A stretch of DNA of 64,000 bases from Fistulifera solaris. Its lineage: Eukaryota. The position numbers and the translations under genes were made by a program. The stretch spans positions 1,364,001 to 1,428,000 of the forward strand of contig AP026125.1 in the NCBI GenBank assembly GCA_030295235.1, read 5' to 3'. Shown piece by piece: positions 25,785-37,396 of this stretch; position 1 is the first letter of the stretch, and the number at the start of each line of letters is the position of its first letter. The notes beneath the pieces were generated by a model. The model was not told where the DNA came from and did not search any database. It saw only the letters and a list, made by a program, of their open reading frames with translations.

Positions 25785-26352
25785 GACGATCACAGAATTT
25801 CTGTATGATCTGGACCAAACGCACAGAATTTCGGTATGCGATTGCAAACACAAATGGTCCAGAATTTCTGGACCAAACACACAGCATTTCTGTATGATCG
25901 CAAACACGTCCAGAATTTATGGACCAAACACACAGAATTTCTGTATGATTGCGAACACCAATGGTCCAGAATTTCAGGACGAAACACACAGAATTTCGAT
26001 ATGACTGCAAACACCAATGGTCCAGAATTTCTGGAACAAACACACACGGAATTTCTGTATCTTCGCAAACACGAGTGGTCCAGAATTTCTGGAACAAACA
26101 CACCGAATTTCTGTATGACGGCAAGCACCAATGGTCCAAACACACAGAACTTCTGTATGATTGCAAACACCAATGGTCCTGAATTTCTGGACCAAACACA
26201 CCGAATTTCTGTATGATCGCAAACACCAATGGTCCAAGAATTTCTGGACCAAACACACGGAATTTCTGTACCAGTACCAGTTATGCTTGATCGCAAACAC
26301 CAGAAATTCTGGAACGACAACAACAGAATTTCTGTGTGATCGCAAACACCGA
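25785..26352. repeat. Minisatellite, ~56-bp unit x ~10, doubly palindromic
   Basis: Consensus ATGATCGCAAACACCAATGGTCCAGAATTTCTGGACCAAACACACAGAATTTCTGT. The ATGGTCC-type anchor occurs at 25854, 25961, 26017, 26075, 26131, 26173 and 26229. Confidence 0.95.
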
Positions 26353-26521
26353 TGACTTCCAGAAAATAATTTTTTGTTGGTGGGACGGAAAGACGAAGCC
26401 GAGAACCAAGAGCCAAGAGAACCAAGAAGAGGAAACGGAGTTTTCGTGACGACGATGATGAATAATAAGTAGTAGGTGTTCCTCATTCCTCACCCGATTG
26501 TGAATTACACAAATAAAGACA

Positions 26522-29500
26522 ATGAAGATTGAAGAAGACTGTGTTAATAATCAAAGCACAGAAACCGACAACCTCATTCTTGAATGCGGAACGAGTTTCG
26601 CGGAGCGCGAACACCGTGCGGAGAGCGAAAGTGGCAAAAACGACCGCAGTTCGTTCGAGTCGATTGAGGAACTCCGCGCTCATGTTGCAAATGATGTCGT
26701 AACTTCCCAACAGCGGTACACGACCTTTGCTTCTCCGTTTGAAGTGGTTCGGGATCCTGCAGCGCCGGAGAGCCGCAGATTCTTGGAAGTCCCTCTCGTG
26801 TACGCCGATCAGACCGCTTCCAATCGTCCTCTGCAAAGCATCGAGAATTACATCCAACAAACTTGCCTACCACTTTACGGAAACACACATACAAACACAA
26901 GCATCACTGGAAGTCAAAGTACTGCTTTTGTCGCAGAAGCTCGCCAAATTGTTGCCGAAGAAACGAACGCCAAGGTGACAGGAAAAGCGAGTCTCGATGT
27001 TGTTCTTTTCGCGTAAGTGCAGTCGGTTTTGTCTCGCCGTCCGTTCCGATCCGTGTATCTTATATTCAGTTGAATCTTATACAGAGGGAACGGAGCAACT
27101 GCAACCGTCGAATTATTAATTGACTGTTTGGGCCTTCGGCATGCTTGTCAGGAACAGTCCACGCGTCCTGTCGTTTTTATTGGCCCGTACGAGCATCATT
27201 CAAATCTTGTTCCGTGGCGTGAAACTGGATGCGAAATTGTCATGGTTCCGGAGTGCTCGGATGCTACTGATATCGACTTTGATGCTCTCGACCGTCTACT
27301 CGCTAGACCGGAATACAATGGACGCTTCAAAATGGGAACCTTTTCCGCGGCGTCGAACATAACCGGTAAGATCAGCGATGTTGACCGCATTGCCGCTACG
27401 CTTCACAAACACGGGGCATTGGCGTTCTTTGACTACGCCACGGGTGCTTCCTATATGAAGATGGACATGAATCCACCGCCATCGGAAAAATACCCACTAC
27501 CTGGCTCTACTGCCAAAGACGCGATTTTTATTAGTCCACACAAAATGATAGGAGGAATCGGTACTCCAGGTGTTTTGATCATTAAGAAGCACCTTGTCAA
27601 CCAAAGTAATGCACCGCATAGGTCAGGAGGTGGAACGGTTTTCTATGTCACTAGCGAGCATCACCGCTTCCTTGGCAACAGAATTGAGCGTTATGAAGGC
27701 GGTACTCCAAACGTATCTGGAATCATTCGGACAGGACTCACTTTTTGACGAAACGAAAGATTGAGAAGGAGTACGAACGTTTGGTTTCGCAAAATGTCAA
27801 TTTACCCCGTACAGTTGAAGACCTCGACTGTGCTGAATACGAACGCATTTCGACGTTTTTAGCCCAGAAGGCGCCGAATCTTGTGTTGTTGGGGAAAGGC
27901 ACCGGTTCGCGACATCTCCCTATCTTCTCGTTTCTTATTCGCTTCCAAGGTAGATTTCTGCACTTCAATTATGTCTGTGCGATATTGAATGACGTTTTTG
28001 GAATTCAGACCAGAGGTGGATGCATGTGTTCGGGACCTTTCGCACAAAGTTTGCTTGGTTTGACTTACAAGAATGCAGACGGAGTCGATTCTCCCAACGA
28101 ATTCAACAAAGAGATTGAAGATGCGTTGATCAAGCATAAAGAACGTGCCGAACTTCTTCGTCCCGGTTTCACTCGACTGAGCCTTCCATTCAAAGGACTC
28201 CTCGATTTTGAAGTTGAATACATCTTGCATGCTTTGGTTTGGGTGGCTAAACATGGTTGGGCGTTGATGTGCCAGTATCGGTGCAACCACCGCACAGGAG
28301 AGGTACGATTTACTCATCTTGACGTTCTGACTCCTCGTTTCTATTTACTCACAAACAAATGATGGTTTGTAGTGGCGTCACTCTAATCGTCAGGGGAAAC
28401 CACTTGGACGAGAAGAAAGAAAATGGTTGAGTCATTTCGACTTAAAAGGCGACAAAGAAGTTCGTTCGATTAAAGATAACACGGAAGAGTATACCACTTT
28501 GTTGAGATCTACGTTGGCAAATGCCAACACCTTGCTCGATGTTGCAATGACAGATCAGCGGAGCATATCGCAGGCATTGAAAATGATGGATTCCGAAATT
28601 ATGGGGAAGGACGATAACATGAAGCTAGAGAGTCTGCGATGGTACGCTTATCCTAAGGAATGCGCAATGCTTCTATCATCTCACAGATATGACGAAGCCG
28701 TCCAACTGGAAATGCCTTTGCTGGGTGCCATGAAGCCAAATTACATGAACAAACGGAGGCTGTCGGCAAAGCGAGATATTGAGGCTAGTTTTGATCCTGT
28801 GAGCGACTCTACCTCTGATCCTGATTTAAGCGCTAAGAAGCAAAAAGTAGTAAATATTCCAGATCCTTCTGCTACGGAAGTAAACAATGCGAAAGCCAAA
28901 GTGAAGAAAGCCCCGAGAGATTGTTCCACATGGGGCAAAGGAGAAGTGGTACCTGTCCTCGCAAACTCACAAGAACAGACATGTACTTCTACGTCTCTGT
29001 GTATTGGCAAAGAGTCATCCGTTGGGAACAAAAGTTTCAGCACATCAAACCTCCTGCCAAGATGATGCGGCTGATTAATCAAGCGATTGTTCAATGGGAC
29101 ATGATAAAAGAAGGAGACAAGCTTCTTCTCGGTTTATCGGGAGGAAAGGATTCGCTCAGTCTCTTACACGCATTACTTGAAGTCAGGAGAAAGCACCCGG
29201 TGAAGTTTGAACTTGAAGTTTGCACTATCGATCCAATGACTCCCTCTTTCGATCCATCGTCGCTCATTCCGTATGTTGAGTCCCTAGGGCTGAAGTACCA
29301 TTATATTCGCGACGACATCGTCTCCAGGGCTGGCTCGTCTGGAAAGGACGGCAAGATGGTATGTATTGCTTCATGCTGAATGCTTAACTCGTCTACAATT
29401 GCTTTGCTTATGTTCGTTATTTAGGTATCTTCGCTATGCGCATACTGTGCAAGGATGAAAAGGGGCAATCTCTACTCGTGTGCTCGAAAGAACAATTGCA

Positions 29501-30138
29501 ACAAGCTGGTTTTAGCCCAGCACCTCGATGATTGTGCTGAGTCATTTATGATGAGTGTAATGCACAATGGTTTTTTGAGAACAATGAAAGCAAATTACAA
29601 AATCAACTCTGGGGATCTTTCGGTTATACGTCCTATGGTCTACTGTCGTGAGAGTCTAATGACAGAATTTGCGAAATCCGTTAATCTCCCCGTCATCAAC
29701 GAGAATTGTCCAGCTTGCTTTGAAGAACCAAAAGAGCGGGCGCGCATTAAGAAGTTGCTGAGCCGAGAGGAAAATCTTTATCCTAATTTTTATGACAACA
29801 TACGGCGGTCCCTCCTTCCCTTGATGCATGATGACGCAACGTCTATACTGCGGTGTTATACTGATGAAGTTGTTTCGAAAAGTCGGAAGAATGCTAAGGT
29901 TTCTACCCGCGTTGTAGACAATGAAGATACAAAAATTTCAACTGACTCTTTAACGAAAATATCAGAAGACGAGCTCATCAAAGAGCTGGCAAGGAGGAAA
30001 GCTGATCGTTTCCGGCTTTCTGGTTCAATGAAACGAGCTGACGACAGCGACATGTCGGGAATTCCTGATCCAACTGGTCAGATGTGTTCTTTAAATGGAG
30101 GGAACGGCACCATTCCATGCACAGAGCTCATGGAGTAA
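26522..30138 (+). CDS. ttcA: Aminotransferase class V (cysteine desulfurase-like) fused to TtcA-type PP-loop tRNA thiolase
   Basis: N-half: YADQTAS, YGNTHT, EHHSN, FDYA, SPHK (PLP lysine), YEGGTP, RGGCMCSG (catalytic Cys). C-half: SGGKDS, CAYC, QHLDD, IRPM, NCPAC. Introns 27013-27084, 28303-28372 and 29359-29424. Frame breaks at 27742-27746 and about 29030-29033. Confidence 0.85.
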
Positions 30139-30156
30139 CTCATGTAACGCGAATAT

Positions 30157-33100
30157 TTAGTCAAATCTATCCACTTCACCTCGTCTTGCAAGAGACTCCA
30201 CCTCTTCATCTAAATGTTCCGTTTCCCGAGCGGCTTCGAGTAGTTTTTGAGTCTGAGAGCGCGATTCCATCAGTTTTTCCCGCTGCCTTTGCGCCCATTC
30301 GTCGGCATCTCTACTCATTAACGCTATCCTTTCTTCGGGGAGTAGATCTTTCATATCCCGGCTTAGTTGAAGTAGCTTGTTTGTCATGTCTCCAAGGACG
30401 TTAGCCCCAGCAAAATTACCCCGTACGCTATCACCAAGAGATCCGACGATGTTGTCGACAACCTGTACGAACGGCCGAACGTCCAGTGAAGGCATCACAT
30501 CAATCAACTGCTTTAGAAGTAGTCTCCTCTCCACAGCGGTTTCCATCCGTAAAACATACCCTATGTGGTCAATGTACCTGTTTATACCTCGGGCCAATTC
30601 AGCATAAACACCTTGCTGCACAATTTTCAGCACAAACAACCACTGATTGTGCTCGGGATCATCGAGAAGTCCAGCGCGAGCAAGTTTTGCTTCCTCTTCG
30701 GCAACTGCGTATTTCAAATACGCGACAAACGAATCATCAAACAACGGTCTCATTTCTCTCACACCGTCAGTCAAAGCTTGTGCTGTCTCTTCTTCTGTGT
30801 CGTGTTTGGGGTCCATAGCTATCTTGCATATCGATCTAATGACTTCCAATTGTTGTGTCTCTAACTGCGCCCCAAGAGCCCGTGCTTCTTTTAGAAGAAG
30901 CTGAGCAGCAACAACTAATCCTCCAAGAAGCTGACGCTCTCGCGAACTAGTTTTTTCGGTGGCATCGTCGCCTCGGCGCATAGCTTCCAGGTCACGATCA
31001 GCCATCATGGTGAGTCTCTCTTTCACAAGTGTCACAAAATTGTCAGAGAGCAACAAATCTTTGTAGTTGGAAGTAATTTCAGTATGCCTCTCCTCCGGTT
31101 GATCCCATAGCTCATCTATAAGCATCTGTAGTTGCGAAGATTCTTTCATCTTTATCAAAGGATTGTCAATGAGTCCGATATCCACTGCTTCAACCATAAG
31201 CGTTCGCATATTTTGCACTTGCTTGTCAGTTAATTGCCGATTCCCAACAAAATAAGTCGTCACGCTGTTCCCGTCAAGCGATTCCTCTTTGACTTCTTTC
31301 ATTTTCTGGAGTACTTCCGATGCGAATTGCGCTTGTCTCAAAGCTTCGTCTAATTCCTTTGGCAGCCTTATCGTGCCTGTTCCTGGTGAGGCCCCAGGCC
31401 AGTTCACTGCGGTCTCGGGATCCACATTCGGATTGTAGACTTCTGGGCCGGAGAAAATGTCAAAGAGCGGTGCCTTCGCAGGGCCATCCAATTCTTCATC
31501 GGGAGACTTGTTGATGCGAACCTCAAGTTCCGCTAACTCGTCATCTAATATACGGGCATGACTTGATATCGAGTTTTCTAGTGCAATGAGATTATCCACC
31601 TCGTTCTTATTTTCCATCATCTCTTCCTCGCTATAAGCCCCGGACGTTTCAATTTTACTAAGACGACCGTCTGCAATGTTTTCTCCAGCCTCAAACATGC
31701 GCCGAAGCTCTTCTTCAATTGTCATTGTCTTAATATTTATTGTTTCAGCAGTTCTCGTCCTCACCTCTGCGGCAGCTTTATCGGCCACATCGTACATGAG
31801 ACGATCTTCGCGCCTCTGGCGTTGTTCCCGAAGTAGATCTTTTGCCTTCTCGAAAGCCCCACTAACAAATCCAGCGCCTACTGTACTTTCATTGTCCTGC
31901 ACCTCGCCAAATTTCATCACCTGATTTAACAATTCCTCTGGTGTGAGTTCTTCGCCTTGTTCTGACATCTCCAACAACGCGTCCTGAGCTGCTTTGATCA
32001 TTTCCCTTTGCTTCGGATCGGTAATATCACTTGGGTCATTTACCAGGTCCCGATCGGAAAGAACAGCATCACCGCCCGCATCCTGGCGAATATTCAGATT
32101 GATGTTTCGTGCTATCGGTGGATTGGGTATTACTGACGACGTTGCCTGATCCTTTAAATAGTCGGCCGGCCTTGAAATCGTTTGCATGAATGCTCGCGGC
32201 TTTCCAGTTGCAGAGCGATCTAAACTTGCAGGTCTACAAGACAACATATCCATCCTTATTGGCGAAGCCTTGTCGCCGTCAAGTCTTTCTGATTGGTTGT
32301 CCTCCTCCTCCGGAATTCGAGTGACTTTTGTATTCCCGGGTAAGCTCGTACTTCTGACGTTCTTTTTCCGCATTTTCTCAGCAGCTCTTTTGGCTGCATC
32401 CACTGCGAAATTCCCACTAGTAGTTCGTTTGGCATTACGCTCAGCGGCCAACTTGGCTTGCTGTACAGCGAAATCGAGTCCAGGCGGATTCGCTCGATTG
32501 TTTGTGGATGACGAAGACGACGCCGTACTTTTCTTCACTTCAAAAGTCCGTTGAGCGTTAGCTTCTTCTCGTGACAATTCAGAAGTAGATTGCCGTTTCG
32601 AAACAATTTCAGCGTCTGTAAAGCCTGGTTTGGGAGTCGACTCTTGTTGTAATTGGTCATCATCATTGCCCAGTATTTCCGCTAGAATCGATTCCCGACC
32701 TTCCAAGTACGAGTTCGACTTTGTTGCTCCAAATGATATCTTTCCCGACATGTATTTTTCTAACCCACGATCCAGAGCTTTCAAAATCTGTTTCTCCGAG
32801 TCTTCAAAGAGGTTCCGTAAGAACGGAGGTAACGACTTTCCCGTTTGTGGTCGCTTCCCGACAACGACCATGGCCAAGTTGGTAGTCGTTGATTGATCTT
32901 CCGGAAAGACAGCGACTACTTGAACTTCCAAACACGTCTGATCCGATGACGGCGAAAGGGACGAGTCCCACTGAACAACACTTTTTGAGTCTTTAATCGT
33001 CTTCGCCTCGTATACCATGGGAAGCCGAGGAGGAAGTTGAAAATGATCTTGTAGGTATTCGACCAGCGTACTCAGAAAAAGATGCGAACTGATGTTTGAA

Positions 33101-33315
33101 GGTGCTCTGACAATCTTCTGATACATCACAGACAAGTCTTCCGTTCTGTACGTTCCATCCGAGGCTTGGTATTGGAGGGCGATTGATCTATCAGAATGAA
33201 ACGAAGGAAGAGTCACAGAACGCAACACTACGCTTCTCCCCGTTGACGACGGAACAAAGCCACAGCTCCGAGTTATAAACAGAAGTGTAGTAAATATGAA
33301 TTTAGATGACATCAT
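30157..33315 (-). CDS. Large uncharacterised protein with bipartite plastid-type presequence and helical C-terminus
   Basis: Uninterrupted ORF of more than 1000 codons. N-terminus MMSSKFIFTTLLFITRSCG-FVPS resembles a signal peptide plus ASAFAP-type motif. Confidence 0.8.
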   Translation of the reverse strand: MMSSKFIFTTLLFITRSCGFVPSSTGRSVVLRSVTLPSFHSDRSIALQYQASDGTYRTEDLSVMYQKIVRAPSNISSHLFLSTLVEYLQDHFQLPPRLPMVYEAKTIKDSKSVVQWDSSLSPSSDQTCLEVQVVAVFPEDQSTTTNLAMVVVGKRPQTGKSLPPFLRNLFEDSEKQILKALDRGLEKYMSGKISFGATKSNSYLEGRESILAEILGNDDDQLQQESTPKPGFTDAEIVSKRQSTSELSREEANAQRTFEVKKSTASSSSSTNNRANPPGLDFAVQQAKLAAERNAKRTTSGNFAVDAAKRAAEKMRKKNVRSTSLPGNTKVTRIPEEEDNQSERLDGDKASPIRMDMLSCRPASLDRSATGKPRAFMQTISRPADYLKDQATSSVIPNPPIARNINLNIRQDAGGDAVLSDRDLVNDPSDITDPKQREMIKAAQDALLEMSEQGEELTPEELLNQVMKFGEVQDNESTVGAGFVSGAFEKAKDLLREQRQRREDRLMYDVADKAAAEVRTRTAETINIKTMTIEEELRRMFEAGENIADGRLSKIETSGAYSEEEMMENKNEVDNLIALENSISSHARILDDELAELEVRINKSPDEELDGPAKAPLFDIFSGPEVYNPNVDPETAVNWPGASPGTGTIRLPKELDEALRQAQFASEVLQKMKEVKEESLDGNSVTTYFVGNRQLTDKQVQNMRTLMVEAVDIGLIDNPLIKMKESSQLQMLIDELWDQPEERHTEITSNYKDLLLSDNFVTLVKERLTMMADRDLEAMRRGDDATEKTSSRERQLLGGLVVAAQLLLKEARALGAQLETQQLEVIRSICKIAMDPKHDTEEETAQALTDGVREMRPLFDDSFVAYLKYAVAEEEAKLARAGLLDDPEHNQWLFVLKIVQQGVYAELARGINRYIDHIGYVLRMETAVERRLLLKQLIDVMPSLDVRPFVQVVDNIVGSLGDSVRGNFAGANVLGDMTNKLLQLSRDMKDLLPEERIALMSRDADEWAQRQREKLMESRSQTQKLLEAARETEHLDEEVESLARRGEVDRFD

Positions 33316-33974
33316 GAAAATTTGTTGAAAGGTATGGAGTGGTTTTGACAATGATGTTTTTGAGTTTCGACGAAGAATAAGAACGAAAACAAAAATGCGA
33401 CCTTAGTCGCAAGCGAAGGTTCGATGGTGTAGGTTATGACGACGGTTGATGACAAGACGGATAGTCCTAACCTTACGACATCCTGTTCATAATCCATCAT
33501 TTTCGCCTCTCTAGTTTGCTATAACAAATAATTAATGCCTTCAATAGCAATGATAAAAGAATTGCGAAGTGTTTTGTCTGTTTCAGCGTGCAATGTTTAC
33601 AACACAGGCGGAAGTTGGCGAGCATCGACGACTCCTCAAACGGCTTAAGAAATGAATTCATGACTGAAATGCAGTCGTGGCTAAGTTGAAAAACAATTTA
33701 GGCTGTAGTGGTAGGTCTTGTAGAACCGTTCCGCTTTGAGGATGTTTTGTGAATAGAAACGGGGGGAGCTTTGTTTTTCTCGTTGTTTTGTGCGTGTTCG
33801 GTAACGGCTGATGGCAAAGATGCCTTCCAACATACCACCACAAGAGAGAACAAAGGGAGAACACCAATTATTTTCTCACAATGAGAAGTATTGCAGAGGA
33901 TAAAAGGGATCTTAGGCGGCTTGCTGAAGAGCGGAAAAATCCCCCCTGTACGATTAGTAACATCGTCTGGTTCC

Positions 33975-35859
33975 ATGACTTTACGAAGGCGGAGATCTGA
34001 CAATGATGTCAAATCATGTTGGGAGGTAGAGGCGACAACTCCAATGACTTCAAGACCGCATTTCTCGTCACCGCGCAGTAGCTCACCTCGGTATGAGCAT
34101 TCTGGGCTGAAAAAGCCGAGGGCTGTTTCATTGGGGTCAGCCCTGGAACAAGAACGCCTCCTTGACACGACAACATTTTCAGGATACTTGAGCGTCCCAT
34201 CTTATTCCCAATACCAGTCTAGAGCAGACCGAGCAGAAGAGGAGACGGCAACGGAAGTTCCTCAGATTCTGCGTTTCCCGGAAAGAACATATTCTCAACT
34301 AATTATCGAAACGTCAGAGGAGAGCCCATTTCTGGCCGTTGACGATGAGTACACTGAAGAGTTTAAGTGCAATTCGCTTGCGGATGCGACGAACTGGTTC
34401 GAAAACTTCGGTATTAACGTACTGTACGGCATGATCAACGCCACAATTGTTCTACCGGTTCTCCTTTCGTTCGCATCTATCATTTACCAGGACGCTTTCT
34501 TTTCGCCCTTTATGCCTGTCCTCGTCAAACTCACTCTGTCATCTGGTATCATTCATCAAATCTGCTTTTCATCATTCTCTTCACTTCCCTTTGCTGTGGG
34601 CCAGGTTCAAGATGCCGGGCTGATCTTTCTACACTCAATGGCGTCTTACATCGTTATTTATTGCCGGCAGAACGTCCCAAATTGCGATGATGAAACGCTC
34701 TTGACTACAGTGACAATTCTGCTTGCTTTATGTACGGCATCCTTGGGTTGCGGCTTGATTTTGATAGGGCGATGGAAACTCGCACAATACGTCCAAATGC
34801 TACCGACGGCTGTGATGGGAGGATATTTGGCGTTCATTGGATATTTCTGCGGTCTAGCCGGATTAAAATTAATGGCAGGATCGCCGCCTGAGTTCACGCT
34901 TCAAACCATTCTGGACAAATGGCCCTTTTACTTCCCGGAGTTGTAGGAGGCTTATTCATCTACGTCTCGGTTCGGAGACTGAGACACATGGCCGTTCTAC
35001 CGTCTTGCATTCTTCTCTTGCTGTGCCTTTTCTACACCGCGTTAATAATCAGTGGCACGACAGTTGAAGAGGCAACTAGAATGGGATGGATTCGATCGAT
35101 GGAACGTCCACCTTCCTGGTACCACACATGGGATTATTTCCGGTTCGACAAGGTTGTCTGGTCTGTGTTTCCTAGACTCTTTCCGACGCTATTGGGAATG
35201 ATCTTCGTTGTAGCGCTGTCAAGTTCTCTGGATGTCGCAGCAATCGAGCTAGAGCTGAAGCGTCCGCTGGATTACAATAAAGAGCTTCGAATGGTTGGGA
35301 TCAGCAACTTAGTTTCTGGCCTAACAGGTATGTCGAAATGCTGCTAAATGCTGTTTTTTATTTACTATGCCTCACCTTGCTACCGCTATCGCCAACACAA
35401 AAAGGTGGATACACAGGAAGTTACATTTTTAGTCAAACGATTTTCTCCCTCCGCGCTGGCATTCGGTCGCCGATAGCTGGATTTGCACTAGCAGCGTTTC
35501 AGGGAGTTGTTTTCACCTTACCTTTTCCTGTCCTGTCTTACATCCCGAACTTCTTCTTTGGCTCTTTGCTGGTCATGATATGTGTCGATCTCATGAATGA
35601 ATGGCTTTGGGAAGTTCGGAATCGCGTAAAGCCCGCCGAATATTACGTTTGTATATTCACCTTTGTGTGTTGCCTATTTCTGGCCGTGGAGACGGGCATT
35701 TGTTGTGGGGTCGCTGTGTTCATTGGATGCAAGAGATTTGGTGTTGACGTCGGAGAAAATCAGGAGCACGCTGACGGGCACTCGATTAAAGAAACGGGTC
35801 ACTCAAATGCAGTTGAACATGTAATTACGAAGCCCTCCGAAAACGGTTCTCGACTATAA
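33975..35859 (+). CDS. SulP/SLC26 anion transporter, apparently lacking the STAS domain; one apparent frameshift
   Basis: SSLPFAVGQVQDAGLIFL, LSSSLDVAAIE, DYNKELRMVGISNLVSGLTGGYTGSYIFSQT (via intron 35328-35404). Frameshift at 34923-34929. Start uncertain. Confidence 0.85.
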
Positions 35860-36296
35860 TCCGGGCTCGTGAAGGATCACAACCGTGTTAAAACATAAAA
35901 GAAATATAGATCAACTAGAATAAAGCTTAACAAGCAATCGACCAGGGAACGGAAAGGTTTTATAATTTGGAACGTCTCTGAAACAAATAGCGACCTTTTA
36001 TGAAGCGAATAGACGAATATCAGAACATCCGATGGGTGGAGGGGCAGTTATATAGCTTGTGGTCTTGTGCAAGACTCAGGAAATCAGTCGTGAGGTCTAC
36101 GTCGTACAGACTGTACGACGTCCGTACCACAATCGACCATCGCCGCATAAAAAAATCTTGTTGTTGCTCTTGTTCTTGTTAGACTTTCTACCTGGTATCG
36201 CATTTTGTCGATAACCATCTTTCAAGAAGGGAATTCAGGTTACATTGCACACGTAGCTTGACACGATTTCAAGAAAAATCACCGTAGCATTCCATA

Positions 36297-37013
36297 ATGT
36301 TCAAAAAGTTTGATCCGACTACGGATGTTTCGACGAGCACGCAAGTGAAAGCTTCCGTACAGCGCGCGCTGAAGAGTCAATTACTCGACAAACACCCGTT
36401 GCTAACAGAAGACATTCTCGATGCTTTCATTCCGAAAAAGTCTCCTCTTGTTCAGTACAAAATTGGTCCTCATCTCATGCTGTACTGTCGCAAGATAGAT
36501 CATGTGAACAAAAGTCCGACGCAAGAACCAATCCTCTTTCAACACAGGGACGGACCCATCATGCCGACCCTTCGTCTCGTTCACCAATATCCCACGCTAG
36601 AGTTCACAAAAGTAACCGTAGACAAAGGAGCTATTCCGTTTCTTCTAGGTGGAGCGAACGTAATGTGCCCTGGTCTAACGAACCCGGGGGGTGAAATGCC
36701 ACCAGACGGAGCCGAACAGGATGCGAACGGATTTGACAAACCTGGTTTAGAAAAAGGTGACGGCGTTGTCATCTACGCTGAAGGCAAGGAATTTGCTTTG
36801 GCAATTGGTGTCATGTTGATGAGCAGTGCGGATGTGTAAGTTTGTTTCTCTTTCACCAAAACCATTTTTGATGAGTTTGTTGTGTCCATATTCTAATTCA
36901 TCTGTGATTCTCTATCTTGACATCTTAATTAAAGTCGATCGAAAAACAAGGGTATCGCAATTGAGCTATTACATTATTTGGGTGATGGTTTGTTTCAATC
37001 GGATGAAATATAG
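36297..37013 (+). CDS. MCTS1: MCT-1/Tma20 PUA-domain translation reinitiation factor
   Basis: MFKKFD...VKASVQR, PTLRLVHQYP, VDKGAIPFLLGGANVMCPGLT. Intron 36836-36934 adds NKGIAIELLHYLGDGLF. Confidence 0.93.
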
Positions 37014-37054
37014 CCAGAGAGAACAAAAACAAGCTTGTTTTAGCCCCGCGTATC

Positions 37055-37396
37055 TTATTTCTTTTTTGTCTTTTGTCGATCAAGATATTGTGATAAGTAA
37101 TACAGCGTACTAGCTCGGCCTTTGCTGTCCTCCTTGTCATTACGATCGTAGCAATCTTCCAAGTCTTTCACATATTTCCAAAGGGGTCGGATATCGTAGT
37201 CGGCTGCTTCCATAGCGTTTGTGATTCGCTCTATTTCCGTGTAGCAGGGATTCACTTTTTTCGAAGCGCTCTTAAAGCGGAAAATGGAGGGTAAGAAACG
37301 GGCGTTTTGCGTTAGAAAGCATGAGGTTTGTGAGCAACTTACCCTGGCTGCCATTCGGAGTTGATCAAGCGTAATTCTGTATTTGATTGGAGGCAT
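37055..37396 (-). CDS. Hypothetical small protein (113 aa)
   Basis: ATG-initiated ORF with protein-like composition; no recognised motif. Confidence 0.3.
   Translation of the reverse strand: MPPIKYRITLDQLRMAARVSCSQTSCFLTQNARFLPSIFRFKSASKKVNPCYTEIERITNAMEAADYDIRPLWKYVKDLEDCYDRNDKEDSKGRASTLYYLSQYLDRQKTKKK

Noticed and set aside
25854..26260. Palindromic 56-bp repeat as heat-shock elements or CRISPR repeats
   Set aside because: The core is GAA-T-TTC (1-nt spacing), not GAAnnTTC, and there are no unique spacers.
25664..26493. Many overlapping Cys/Trp-rich ORFs over the 56-bp repeat
   Set aside because: They are open in several frames on both strands, and the unit length is variable and not a multiple of 3, so they are by-products of the repeat.
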